DNA of 64,000 bases from an uncultured virus (IMG/VR IMGVR_UViG_3300033177_000001) (Duplodnaviria; Heunggongvirae; Uroviricota; Caudoviricetes): IMG/VR virus record IMGVR_UViG_3300033177_000001; one strand, given 5' to 3'. The notes beneath the pieces are model-generated. The model had not been told where the DNA came from. It searched no databases and saw nothing but the letters and a program-made list of their open reading frames with translations. A program made the position numbers and the translations under genes. Below, in pieces: positions 44,347-54,789 of this stretch (positions are counted from its first letter, which is position 1; each line of letters starts with the position of its first letter).

Positions 44347-45132
44347 GTGCTGGTTGAGAATACTCTCTTCGGAGTGAGGGACAAAGTGCAAATGGCGCTT
44401 GACATGCTCCGGGAGTTCGAGCCGGAGGACGGGTATTATCTGGCGTACTCGGGCGGGAAGGACAGCACCGTGCTACTCGACCTTGCCCGGCGGAGCGGGG
44501 TGAAATTCGATGCGCACTACAATCTGACGACCGTCGATCCGCCGGAGCTAGTCTATTTCATCCGCACACAGCCGGACGTGATTATTGAATCTCCCGAAAA
44601 GACGATGTGGGAATTGATCGTTGAGAAACGGTTTCCGCCGACGAGGTTTGTTCGGTATTGCTGCCAAGAATTGAAAGAACGCGGCGGAGGGGGGAGGCGC
44701 GTGCTCACCGGAGTTCGGCGGGCTGAGTCGGTCAAAAGATCGAAAAGACAATCGGTAGAAAGATGCTTCCGAGACGGATCTACGCTTTTCATCCACCCTA
44801 TTTTCCATTGGAGCGACAAAGACGTTTGGGAATACATCCGCGAACGCGAGTTGCCGTATTGCAGCCTTTACGACGAAGGTTTTCGGCGTCTCGGCTGTAT
44901 TTGTTGCCCGATGCAGGGAGAAAAGGGAATGATCCGCGACGGCGAACGCTGGCCGAAGTATAAGGCACAATACATCCGCACATTCCAAAAAATGCTCGAC
45001 AAAAAGATCGCGGACGGCTTCGACGTTGGCGATTGGCGCACCGGGCAGGACGTTTGGGACTGGTGGGTAAGGCCGAACCATCCAAAGGAGACGGACGAAG
45101 CGCAACTGACTATTTTCGAGGGGTGCTCGTAA
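44347..45132 (+). CDS. PAPS reductase family protein
   Basis: AYSGGKDS; RYCCQELKE; TGVRRAES; RLGCICCP. Confidence 0.9.
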   Translation: MLVENTLFGVRDKVQMALDMLREFEPEDGYYLAYSGGKDSTVLLDLARRSGVKFDAHYNLTTVDPPELVYFIRTQPDVIIESPEKTMWELIVEKRFPPTRFVRYCCQELKERGGGGRRVLTGVRRAESVKRSKRQSVERCFRDGSTLFIHPIFHWSDKDVWEYIRERELPYCSLYDEGFRRLGCICCPMQGEKGMIRDGERWPKYKAQYIRTFQKMLDKKIADGFDVGDWRTGQDVWDWWVRPNHPKETDEAQLTIFEGCS

Positions 45133-45439
45133 CGTGTCTGACAAAATAGAATTTCCGTGGGAATCGGAGATCCCTTTGACCTGCCGCAAGTGCGACCGGG
45201 CGAAGTACGCCTACGCGCTGGCGCATGAAGTATATCGACTGCGGAACGAAAACGAAGCTATCCGCGCCGCCATGCGGGAGGCTATGCGGATCGGCGGCGA
45301 GCGCGTGAGCGAGGCCGTAAGGAAGTGGTGCGGGGCATGACCCGCGAGCAGGCCGTCAGGTGGTGCATGGAGCGCGGATACGTGTTCGTCGAGCTGTACG
45401 ACGGATGGATTACGTACACGTACAAGGGAGGTATAAGGC

Positions 45440-45661
45440 GTGAATCTTGTGGAGCATCCGCCGCATTACACGAGCGGCAAGATAGAGACATGGGACTATA
45501 TCGCGGATAAGGGCTTCGACTACTTTCTCGGCAACGTCATCAAGTACGTTTCACGCGCCGGGCGCAAGGACGATTACATTCAAGACCTACTCAAAGCGCG
45601 TGCGTATCTGGACAAGGCTATCGACTTGGAGCACGAAAGGAGATCACAATGCAGCGAGTAA
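45440..45661 (+). CDS. DUF3310 family protein
   Basis: HPPHY..IE..GNVIKYVSRAGRK..DLLKARAYL. Confidence 0.88.
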   Translation: MNLVEHPPHYTSGKIETWDYIADKGFDYFLGNVIKYVSRAGRKDDYIQDLLKARAYLDKAIDLEHERRSQCSE

Positions 45662-46074
45662 GAATCAAGAAGATGCGCGAAAACGCCGTCACGCCGGGCT
45701 ACAAGCACGTAGGAGACTCCGGCTTCGATCTGACCGCCTGCGAGACGGTAGAAATACCTCCGCATGAGACGCGGGCCGTCTCCCTCGGATGGGCGTTTGA
45801 AATCCCCGAAGGGCTTGAAATCCAGATTCGCCCTCGAAGCGGCGTCAGTCGGGATACTCCGGCGCTCGTCATCACCGGCACCGTGGGCAGCTCCTATCGC
45901 GGTGAAGTCTCCGCAATCGTCCACAACCGGAGCAATAGCGACATGACTATTTACGAGGGCAAGGCGATCTGTCAGGGCATCCTCGCGCCGGTGATTCGCG
46001 CCTGCTTCAAGGAGTGCGACGACCTTTCACAGACCGTGCGCGGGGCGAGCGGGTTCGGGAGTACGGGGGTGTAG
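45649..46074 (+). CDS. dut: Trimeric dUTPase; motif III Asp replaced by Gly
   Basis: DSGFDL; RPRSG; GTVGSSYRGE; RGASGFGSTG. Confidence 0.9.
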   Translation: MQRVRIKKMRENAVTPGYKHVGDSGFDLTACETVEIPPHETRAVSLGWAFEIPEGLEIQIRPRSGVSRDTPALVITGTVGSSYRGEVSAIVHNRSNSDMTIYEGKAICQGILAPVIRACFKECDDLSQTVRGASGFGSTGV

Positions 46075-46124
46075 AATCAGCCTGCGTTATCTAGTAAGAT
46101 CAGCCTGCCTTATCTATTAGAAAA

Positions 46125-46176
46125 TAAAAAAAGAGGGGAGACGGAGGCCGAAGCCTTTGTCTCCCCTCTTTTATTT
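46125..46176. terminator. Bidirectional terminator between convergent operons
   Basis: A-run AGAGGGGAGAC..GTCTCCCCTCT T-run. Confidence 0.8.
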
Positions 46177-46356
46177 TAGCCCTTTCAACCATTCTATCCG
46201 CTCCAACACGCTCGACGTTTCTATTATCCATGTCGTGCCAACCTTCTGCGCCCGTAGCTTCCCCGCGTTTATCAGCTGCCATACCCTGCCCCGGCTCACG
46301 ACGAGCATCTCGCCCGCCTCGGACATGGAGACGAACTCCTTCTCTGCGTGGATCAA
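46171..46356 (-). CDS. Excisionase-type HTH protein
   Basis: SMSEAGEML.VSRGRVWQLI..G.L.A.KVG.TW. Confidence 0.75.
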   Translation of the reverse strand: MIHAEKEFVSMSEAGEMLVVSRGRVWQLINAGKLRAQKVGTTWIIETSSVLERIEWLKGLK

Positions 46357-46421
46357 AAAAACTCCCCCTCTCTAAAAAAAACAGCCTGCGTTATCTGCTA
46401 TGAATCGGCCTGCGTTATCTA

Positions 46422-49400
46422 CTAAACTTCCTCAACAACAGCGACGGCATAGTCATCGTCCGGGCGCTGCTCCGATACGTAGATGATGGAGTCGTCCGCC
46501 AGCGTCTCCATAGAGAAAGTCTCCGCCTCCTCGAACGGCGTTCCTTCCACCACCAATTCCACAGGAAGATCGTCGAGAGAATCATAAGCGTCACCGCTCT
46601 CCATGAGTACCCAACCAACGCCCTCGCACCAGCTCTGCCCGCATGAGTTTTTGATTCTGTACATGTCAACCCCTCCTCCGAATATGGGAATAGCCCCGGC
46701 AAAGCGCCGGGGCTTGGCTTATTCACTCCACCACCACGACGTCAGCACCGCTCGCCGCGTCCTTGATCGCCTCCGCCTTGCTTGTAAAACATGTGTGTCC
46801 CCATGCTTCGCCCGCTGCATTGAACGTGCTAACCCGCCATGGAGAATCGTCATGCGGGAAGCCCGGCGTCACTATCCGGAGAATCCCATTCCGACACTGG
46901 AACCCGATGCAAGGAGGAGCGGCGTGAATCCACGCCGCAACCTCCTCGTGGTACCTGTCCAGTCCCGCGAAGTATTCCTCCAACGCCATACCTTGGATGT
47001 ATGGATACTTTGGGTAGGGAGTCATGTGCCGACGATCCTCGGAACCCGCGTCTCAAGTCCCGTCACGCGACGGAACAGAGCATGCAGGTCGTCGAAATAA
47101 ATTCCCTCGTGCTCTTCCCGGCGCGCTTCGCCGCGTACTGAGACCTTGCGAAACGTCACGTCGTATGTATCGCTCGCATTCAAAGAGATCGTACAGGAAT
47201 TGAATTTCTTACATCCTTTGAACCGGAAGGACAACGCACCAGTCGTATCGTAGCTGAAATTCCCCGCGCCTACCATAAAACAAAATCCTTGCCCTAATTG
47301 CTCTCGAATCGTGTCCGCTCTCATCTTCGCATCCATTCCCAATCCCTCCTTATCTCCCGATACATCCGGCCCCGATGATAAGTGCGATAGCTACGATCAA
47401 CGCTATTTCCATCATGCGGATTCTCCGAGTACCTGCTGCCGGAACCAGTCGTCGAGGGGAGTACCTGGATTCTTCTCCCGCCACGTCCGTACCATTTCAC
47501 GTACAATCTCAAGGGCTTGCAATCTTTCATCGCTTCGTGCTATCATTCCAACTACCTCCTTTTCCCTGCCTTGGGCTTTGGCTCTTGATCTATCTAAGAA
47601 CCTTGAGCGGACGAATGAGGAGGGGAATATCATCCCCTCCTCAACCGGCCCCGGCCTTCACGGAGCTGTCCCTAGCGGTTCTGGCTTAGGCTCTTGTCCC
47701 TCCTCCTCAATCCATACTCAAGTCTCGGTAGGCACAGGAACGTCCCCTCCTTCGCCTTGATCCACGCCATCAATATTCCCCCTTCTGATACTCCTTGTAC
47801 GCTTCCGATCCCTCGCCCCATCCCTGTTCCTGGAGCGCCTCGTCGGCCTCAATTCGTCCAAGCATAGTACGGGCCTCCCCGATTGTCCCGCAGACAAATA
47901 CCAAGTCCCCGCGATGATTCCACGCGCCGTATGGCTTCCATTCACCTGCGTCGGGATCGACGAAATCTTCCTTGCATTTGTCGAAGTGAAGCTGCATGTG
48001 ATCCGGCCTGCCCTCGTTATACGCTTCGATTGCGGCGATGATTCCGTCCTTTTGGAGCCTCTCCCATGCCGCGTCGTAGAAGGCGTCCAGCTCTTCAATG
48101 GTTTTGAAATCAGGGAGAATATCGTTTGTAAGCGCTTGTGATAGCTCTGGCCATGTCATTTCGTACCATTCGCTTCTATCCCTTTCGTTCTCGTCACATT
48201 CGATTAGTGCGGCAAGCATCCAGTTATCGCCAGCTTCGGCGGCATTTGCCACCAACGCCTTATCCAACGCGGCGTTGACAATCGCCGCATGATCCTCCAG
48301 GTCGCAGTCCGGAATGGATTCAAGCGCGTCGTCCACGAAAACCCCTCCGATTTCTTCTTTCAGATCTTGGATGCGGTTTACAAGCTTCTGCTGATCGTCG
48401 ATAACCTTTTCCCACCAGTCGAAAGTCTCCTGTGTGCACTCATACTCGTCGCCGTTGTAAACGAAGCTATCCAACCCTCCGTTATTCCCGATAAAATCCA
48501 CGACGTAATCCACGCCGCTGTCCGGATCGATCAAGGACAATTCCCGCACTTCGCCATTCACCCGCACCTGCATCATTTATATCTCCTCCTTCGGATTGAG
48601 TATCAGCCATCATCAGTACACGCTCTACGTGTAGACCGGGCGAAAGCCCGGTTTCGGCTTTTAGTCTTCGCTTGTCCTGATCAACACTAAAGGACGATAA
48701 ATCACATGGCATTCGGGACAACAAACGCGCTTGCAATCGTTGGACGATTGATTCTCTTTGCCGCACTTCGGACATTTTGACTTGATCATGCTCATTCCTC
48801 CTCCGCCTCCAAACACCACGATCCGCACCGATTCCCGTTCAGATCGAAGATGGCACCGTCTACCTCTTCGCCGCTCTCAACCTTCTTGGCCAGCGCGCGA
48901 AGGATACGCGCAACTTCGTGTCCGGAGAAGCCCTCGAAGGCGGATCCCGTTGTTTCGATTTCAAGTGTGAACATCGTCCTATCCCTCCCTGTAGAAAATT
49001 GAATCGACTCCGAACCGACGTGTCCACGACACGTCGTAAAGCATCGCTATCACGTCTGGCCTGTCTTCGGACTTCGGATACTTGCGGCGGACAGAGCGGA
49101 GGAGTGTGTCGTAGTCCCGCTCTCGCCACAGACGCTTGATCTTGTCCTCGAAGGATTCCCGCATTACTACATCCTCCTCTCCCTATCAAGAACCTCACCC
49201 ATGTCCCCATCTCCGCTCTCGCCGCAGAGCATGACGGCAAGGCCTTTTCGTCCCCATCTATTCCGCACGTCATCAAAATCAGTACACCTACTATGCCAGT
49301 AGGAGGCCTCTTCGCGGGTAAATCTACTTATACGGCGCGCTATTAACTCCACTCTGTCAAGATCGCGTATCCCTTTCGCGAGGAGGAATATCAAAGCGAT

Positions 49401-50098
49401 GCGATATCCCGCCTCGTCGTCGAGCGGGAGCGTGTTCTTTTCAAGCAGCCTGTCCAGTTCAAGATTGATGCCTTGTGAATTCACCACTTGTGAGAGAATC
49501 CCTTTGACGACGGGAAGGATGCGATGCCAGGCGTTTATGTTGAGAACGATGCCAGGCTCGTAGTGTTCCCTCTCCGTTCCCTTTCCCTCAAGGGAATCGA
49601 TCCGCTTTTCAAAAGAGCAAATCAACATCCAGTTCACATTGCGCTTGTCAAGCAATGGATAAACAAATTCCCTGTAATGCTCCTCAAGATTCAGTCCCGT
49701 GCTCTTCACTATCATATTCATTCCTCCTTTTCCCCCGCCTTGATTAGCCTCATCAGCGCCAGCCATACTGGCGGACGGGAGCGGATGCTCCCGTTTCGGC
49801 TTAAACTTCAATAGCTATCTCCACACACGCCACCAGGACGTGCACGCCAGTCGACGAAAACCTCCTCCGCTCGCGCCCGCGTCATAAGAGGGCTCCAACG
49901 ATCCTTTGGATTCTCCAGCGTCCAGAATTCCTCCTCCGGGACAATCCAGAGCAGCTCGTCGCCGTGGTAAACGATGCGGACGTTCATTCGTACCACACTC
50001 CGAAGATCGCCAGTATCAGAATCCGGAGAAAGAAGTCTTCGAGGCGGATCAAAAATGCACCGTTCGCGTCAACTTCGTGTGTGATTAGCAGTTTCATT
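46422..50098 (-). other. Leftward early operon of small hypothetical genes (e.g. 46422-46664, 46723-47025, 47022-47342, 47412-47633, 47770-48576, 48792-48974, 48979-49164, 49808-49996)
   Basis: Consecutive minus-strand ORFs with GGAGG SDs and coupled starts/stops. Confidence 0.7.
49167..49718 (-). CDS. Hypothetical protein resembling small proteins of DUF499/DUF1156 loci
   Basis: EAGYRIALIFL..R..EEASYW..GLAVML; family resemblance is from recall only. Confidence 0.45.
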   Translation of the reverse strand, partial: NMIVKSTGLNLEEHYREFVYPLLDKRNVNWMLICSFEKRIDSLEGKGTEREHYEPGIVLNINAWHRILPVVKGILSQVVNSQGINLELDRLLEKNTLPLDDEAGYRIALIFLLAKGIRDLDRVELIARRISRFTREEASYWHSRCTDFDDVRNRWGRKGLAVMLCGESGDGDMGEVLDRERRM

Positions 50099-50363
50099 TG
50101 TATCATCCTCCTTTGGATTTTCCCTGCCTTGAGCGGATTAGGCTCTTCGCGCTTTGCGCGACGATCCCTCAGCCGGGTTGCACGGCTTACTCCCTAGCGG
50201 CAAATTGTTGCGGCATCGTCTTTGCGGCAACTTGTGACAGGCTCTTCGCGATCTTCGGGGGTCGTGGCGTCGGACGCTCGCCTCTCCCGCTCCCCTGTCC
50301 CGGCCTCTTTCTGGATGTGGCCGACGCTCCTTGCTCTTGTCAAAGTCCCTTGTTCCTGGGTAC

Positions 50364-50392
50364 ATACTACACCCCCTCTACATGATTGTCTA
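50364..50392 (-). promoter_or_regulatory. Leftward early promoter
   Basis: TAGACA-N17-TAGTAT on minus strand, about 260 nt before first SD/ATG. Confidence 0.55.
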
Positions 50393-50500
50393 GGGGGTAA
50401 TATGATTCATTTATATTTAGGCATAAAGAACTATATTCTTTAACAGGAAGTGTGCAGTGCGTGAACATTTGTGGTAGGATGGATGCACGGGGGTGATAGC

Positions 50501-50905
50501 TTGATTGAAAAGAGATTAAAGTCTTATTCGTTCGACCGGCACAGGCTCCAGTCACTTGAGGATCAGCTGGCCACGCTGCCGATGCTTCGCTCCTCTTCTG
50601 ACTTCTCGGAACGGGTCGACACAGGAGGGTCCGTCTCAAATCCCGTAGAGGCATTGATCGAGAAGCGGGAAGCGATTGAAGCGCGGATCAAGGACTTGCG
50701 ACGGCGATTGATCCCAATGGAGCACTTCCTGGCTTTCCTCCGGGAGGCGGAGCCTGTAATGCTCCATGCGTTCGAACTTCGGTACATCAAAAACACTCCC
50801 TGGGACATCGTGGCCGAAGCCATAGGCCTTTCCACGCCAGCCAGCAAGAGGATGCGCAAGCAACTTATCGAATATGCGACTGGATTCTTTGCGGACGCAA
50901 TCTGA
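50501..50905 (+). CDS. RinA/ArpU-like late transcription activator
   Basis: IEKRLKSY..SNPVE..ELRY..PWDIVAEAIG; upstream of terS. Confidence 0.75.
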   Translation: MIEKRLKSYSFDRHRLQSLEDQLATLPMLRSSSDFSERVDTGGSVSNPVEALIEKREAIEARIKDLRRRLIPMEHFLAFLREAEPVMLHAFELRYIKNTPWDIVAEAIGLSTPASKRMRKQLIEYATGFFADAI

Positions 50906-51144
50906 TACTTTTCTGATACTTTCTTGATACCATAGGAATTCAATAGATGCTATACTGTAAACATTCCCCTCCGACGCGAGGGGTTTTTTTCGTGTTTGGC
51001 TCCTGTTCCTTTGGCTCCTGCTCCCAATGATGGGCGTGTCGGAGAAAGGCGAAACCTTCTCACACATACTATACCTTGGAGGATTTCGCCTTTCACCACG
51101 TGCGCCCCTTTCATTATTAGGAGACATTGCATGTCACCTAATAA

Positions 51145-51160
51145 TGTTTCACGTGAAACA
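51145..51160. promoter_or_regulatory. parS site (ParB/Spo0J consensus)
   Basis: TGTTTCACGTGAAACA within the 20-bp palindrome 51143-51162. Confidence 0.8.
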
Positions 51161-51203
51161 TTTTTCCAACACATAAAGAATCCATTGTAAGGGAGGCGAA
51201 GGC

Positions 51204-51632
51204 ATGGGGTTGACTGTAAGGCAACAAGCCTTCGTCAATGCTTACACGGGCAATGCCACAGAGGCGGCGATCGCGGCGGGGTATTCGGCTGACTCGGCGC
51301 ACGTGCAAGGGGTAAGGTTGCTAAAAAATGATAATATTATGGCAGCTATCCACGCCCGAAATGAAGAGGCGCAGAAGCCCCTCATCGCCACGAGAGAGCA
51401 GCGGCAAAAGTTTTGGAGCGAGGTTATGCTCGATCCGGAGCAGGAGATGCAGCATCGCCTCAAGGCGGCGGAGCTTCTCGGCAAGTCCGAGTGTGACTTC
51501 TCCGAGCGCCTCCAGATCGATGGGAGCGTCGAGGTCACCGTTGGCTTCCTGTTCGATCCGGCACAGCGACGCGCGCTTCTGGCAGAGGTTCAGGACGTTG
51601 AGTGCGAGGCCCTTCCGTCGGAATCTTCTTAA
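51204..51632 (+). CDS. terS: Terminase small subunit
   Basis: LTVRQQAFV..GNATEAAIAAGYS..RLKAAELLGK. Confidence 0.88.
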   Translation: MGLTVRQQAFVNAYTGNATEAAIAAGYSADSAHVQGVRLLKNDNIMAAIHARNEEAQKPLIATREQRQKFWSEVMLDPEQEMQHRLKAAELLGKSECDFSERLQIDGSVEVTVGFLFDPAQRRALLAEVQDVECEALPSESS

Positions 51633-52059
51633 CGTGCATACTATGCAGGACAACTTCAGTGGGTGTCATATAAGATAGCTTATGTTACATTGGAACAGAT
51701 TGTATGCACGCGAGAGTGGAATATATACAGGTTGTCTGCTCTAACATTTTGCTTGACGCTGGCAATAATGATGCAGTGGGACTTTGAAACATTCCATGTT
51801 CCCCTCCGTTTGCCGGTACACATTCCATGTTCCGCCTCGTGTTCCGGCTGTTCCTTGACGAAAGCAGCCTTTCTCTTTGGGGTACTTTGCCAGCGGAAAC
51901 GGCGTGAATCCAGTGGTAGAGCGGGTTTACGGCGACGGAGGATAAAAGAGGGGGGGGGGAGGGCGCACCGCGCGGTCGAATGATATATATATCCCTCTCT
52001 CTCGAATTTTTTATTTTTTTTTATTTTCGACTCCGTTTCTGAACTAAGGTTCACGAAAA

Positions 52060-52400
52060 TACCCCCCCGGTACACGCTCTTTTTTGTACCGTCTGTACCG
52101 CTTGCACGAACACGCCTATTGCAACGCTTCGCGAATTGTTTCTCTGTACCGTACAAATGTACCGTTGTACCGCTCGTTCGCACTTTTCTATTGAATAGTG
52201 AGTCAAAGATAACGGGTTGTTTACATATGCACCCGATTTTGTAAACAAGGTACAAGCGGTACAACGGTACGTGCCGGTACATGTTCCGCTTGTACCGTCT
52301 GCAAGGGGTAGACGATTATGTAGCGGAACATACGGTACAAGGGGTCTCTATAAGAGACCCCTGTACCGGTGTACCGCTATCGGCGTACCCCCCGTTTTTC
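52060..52400. repeat. Second GGTAC/GTACC iteron cluster with hairpin
   Basis: More than 10 GGTAC/GTACC; AGGGGTCTCT-ATA-AGAGACCCCT at 52340-52362. Confidence 0.8.
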
Positions 52401-52769
52401 CCTGTTCCCCTAGGCATCCGCACGTTTGAGGCCTCCTTCGGTGAGAAGGGTAGGGGAACAAAGGGGTTTGTTCCCCTAACGATTGAAAATATTCTGACAT
52501 CAAGTCATTCGGGAATTTGTAAACATTTTCGGGTGACATGTAGTAGGTAGATTCCTTTTCAAATTAGCTTTCACGCGAAGCGCTTTCACGCGAAGCGTGT
52601 CCAATCTTTTACCCGCGCCGGGCGCCCCGTACCCTTCGGGGCAAATTCGCTACCTTGACGCCGGATTGTTGCTCTTTCCATGGAGGATGTTTATGGATGG
52701 AGCGGAAGGCCGCCTCCCCAGGGGCGGCTTTTTTTTATATCCGAAGGGAGGCGTTCACCGATACGGCTG

Positions 52770-53093
52770 ATGTTGGGAGATTGTATAGAGCGCATGAAGG
52801 AGATTGACGACGGTTCGGTGGACTTGACCGTCACGTCTCCCCCATACGACAACTTGCGAACGTACAACGGCAATAACGCTCTGTGGGGTGAGCACGCCTG
52901 GAAGTCCGTTCTTGCCGACTTGTTCCGGGTGACAAAGCCGGGCGACGTTGTGTTTAACCCGTTCATGGGCAGCGGCACGACCGGCGTCGCATGCGTGAAA
53001 ACGAAACGGGACTTCATCGGGATAGAACTTGACGATGGCTATTTCAAGATAGCGGAACAGCGAATCATGGAAACGGAGCCGCCTATTTTTTGA
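52770..53093 (+). pseudogene. Internally deleted beta-class DNA methyltransferase
   Basis: TSPPY joined almost directly to [10 protein letters not shown] via [11 protein letters not shown]; no TRD; start uncertain. Confidence 0.7.
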
Positions 53094-53288
53094 GGCGGTC
53101 TTTTTTATGCCTCAAAACCCCCGCGAGAACGGCCCTGGAATCAACGAGATTTGAAAAAAGGTATCAGAGTACCTTTTCTTGAAACTCGTTCGTTCTAGGC
53201 CCGTTCTTGACGGTCTAGGCTCGATGTAATGAGTATATCAGTGTCGGACGACATTGTGTCTTTGAGAATTAGGCAGGTGATTTGTTTC

Positions 53289-53957
53289 ATGGCGAAGAAG
53301 AAAGCCTCGCCGTCTCCGGAGCAGCTTCAGCGGATGCGGGACACGGCGTTGCAGATAGAGGTGTGGGCGAAGAAGCCGTGGCGGTGGATTCGGGACTGCT
53401 GCGTGACGCAGGACGAGGCGGATTCGTCGTCGCCGGTGAAGCCGTTCCCGGACAAGGAGTACCTCCGCTACATCACGGGCGTCTGGCAGGGGAGTTCGCT
53501 GCTGGCGATTCCGAAGAGCCGCCGGATGATGCTGACGTGGCTGATGCTGGCGCTGCATCTGCACAAGGCGCTGTTCTTCCCCCGAAGCGCGATCTTCATC
53601 CAGTCGAAGAAGGAGGACGACAGCGACTTCCTTCTGTCGGACAAGAGGATGCTCTTCATCTACGAGAACCTGCCGAAGAGCCTGCCGTGGCCGAAGGTGA
53701 CGCGGAAGTTCTGTTCTCTGGAGTTCTCGAACGGGAGCTACATGCGCGGTATCGCCCAGGGGCCGGACCAGCTGCGGCAGTACACGGCGTCCGCGATTCT
53801 GTGCGACGAGATGGCGTTCTGGGACAAGGCGGAACAGACATGGGGCGCGTTGAAGCCGACGGTGCAGGGGGGCGGGCAGGTGACGATGATTTCGTCAGCC
53901 GGTCCTGGCTTCTTCCAGCGGCTTGTGGAGGGGAGGCTTACCGATGACAGGCGGTGA
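53289..53957 (+). CDS. terL: Terminase large subunit, ATPase part
   Basis: PKSRRMMLTW; ILCDEMAFW; MISSAG. Confidence 0.85.
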   Translation: MAKKKASPSPEQLQRMRDTALQIEVWAKKPWRWIRDCCVTQDEADSSSPVKPFPDKEYLRYITGVWQGSSLLAIPKSRRMMLTWLMLALHLHKALFFPRSAIFIQSKKEDDSDFLLSDKRMLFIYENLPKSLPWPKVTRKFCSLEFSNGSYMRGIAQGPDQLRQYTASAILCDEMAFWDKAEQTWGALKPTVQGGGQVTMISSAGPGFFQRLVEGRLTDDRR

Positions 53958-54774
53958 GATCAATCATGTCCCCATCCCCGGCCTCAAGCAGTGGACGACG
54001 CCGGACGGGATTGTCGTTCTCCAAGTTCATTACTCCGCCGATCCGGACAAGGCCGCTCCGGAGTGGAAGGAGCGCGAGATGAAGGGGCTCTCTCCGCAGC
54101 AGTGGGAGCGGGAGTACGAGATCAACTTCAACGCTCCGGAGGGAAAGGCGTTCTTCCCGGAATTCGATATGACGCGGCATGTGGCGTCGGGGGAGATGGA
54201 GCCGTTTGTCGGGAAGCCGGTTATTCGCGGATGGGACTTCGGCTTGTCGCCCGCGACGCTGTTCGCGCAGTGGGGGCCGACGGGGCAGCTCTGCATCTTC
54301 CACGAGATTCAGTCGTGGGACTGCGGTATCCGCGCGCACGGAGCCGTGGTGAAGGCGGATTCATTGTCGCTCTTTCCCGGCGGACGTTTCGTCGATTACG
54401 CCGATCCAGCGGGGATGCAGCGGGCGCAGACGGATGAGAAGACGTGCTTCCAGCTATTGCGGCTCGAATACGGATTCGTTCTCTTTCCGGGGCCGGTGTC
54501 GGCCGTGGCGAGGAGCGAGGGGATACGGAAACTCCTGACGACAACGACGCCGAACGGGACGCCGATGATGCTTGTCGATCCGCGATGCGCGTGGTTGATC
54601 GCTGCGCTGGCGGGAGGGTACCACCGGCGGGAGATCGGCGGGCGGTACACCGAAGACCCGGTGAAGGACGATTACAGCCATATCATCGACTGCCTCGGAT
54701 ACATCGCGGCGGGACAGGGGCGGAGCGATATCCATGACGAGCCTATCAAGTATCCGGATGCGGATGTGTTTTAG
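53944..54774 (+). CDS. terL: Terminase large subunit, nuclease part
   Basis: WEREYEI; RGWDFG; ADPAG; SHIIDCLGY; own SD GGAGG. Confidence 0.85.
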   Translation: MTGGEINHVPIPGLKQWTTPDGIVVLQVHYSADPDKAAPEWKEREMKGLSPQQWEREYEINFNAPEGKAFFPEFDMTRHVASGEMEPFVGKPVIRGWDFGLSPATLFAQWGPTGQLCIFHEIQSWDCGIRAHGAVVKADSLSLFPGGRFVDYADPAGMQRAQTDEKTCFQLLRLEYGFVLFPGPVSAVARSEGIRKLLTTTTPNGTPMMLVDPRCAWLIAALAGGYHRREIGGRYTEDPVKDDYSHIIDCLGYIAAGQGRSDIHDEPIKYPDADVF

Positions 54775-54789
54775 TTTAGTCGAAAGGAG

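Larger units (their letters stand above)
46078..46421. repeat. Two pairs of 16-bp direct repeats (CAGCCTGCGTTATCTA-like)
   Basis: Copies at 46078, 46101, 46382, 46406. Confidence 0.85.

Noticed and set aside
44347..45132. Phosphorothioation (DndC) system
   Set aside because: No other dnd/ssp genes recognised; stand-alone PAPS-reductase-like genes are common in phages
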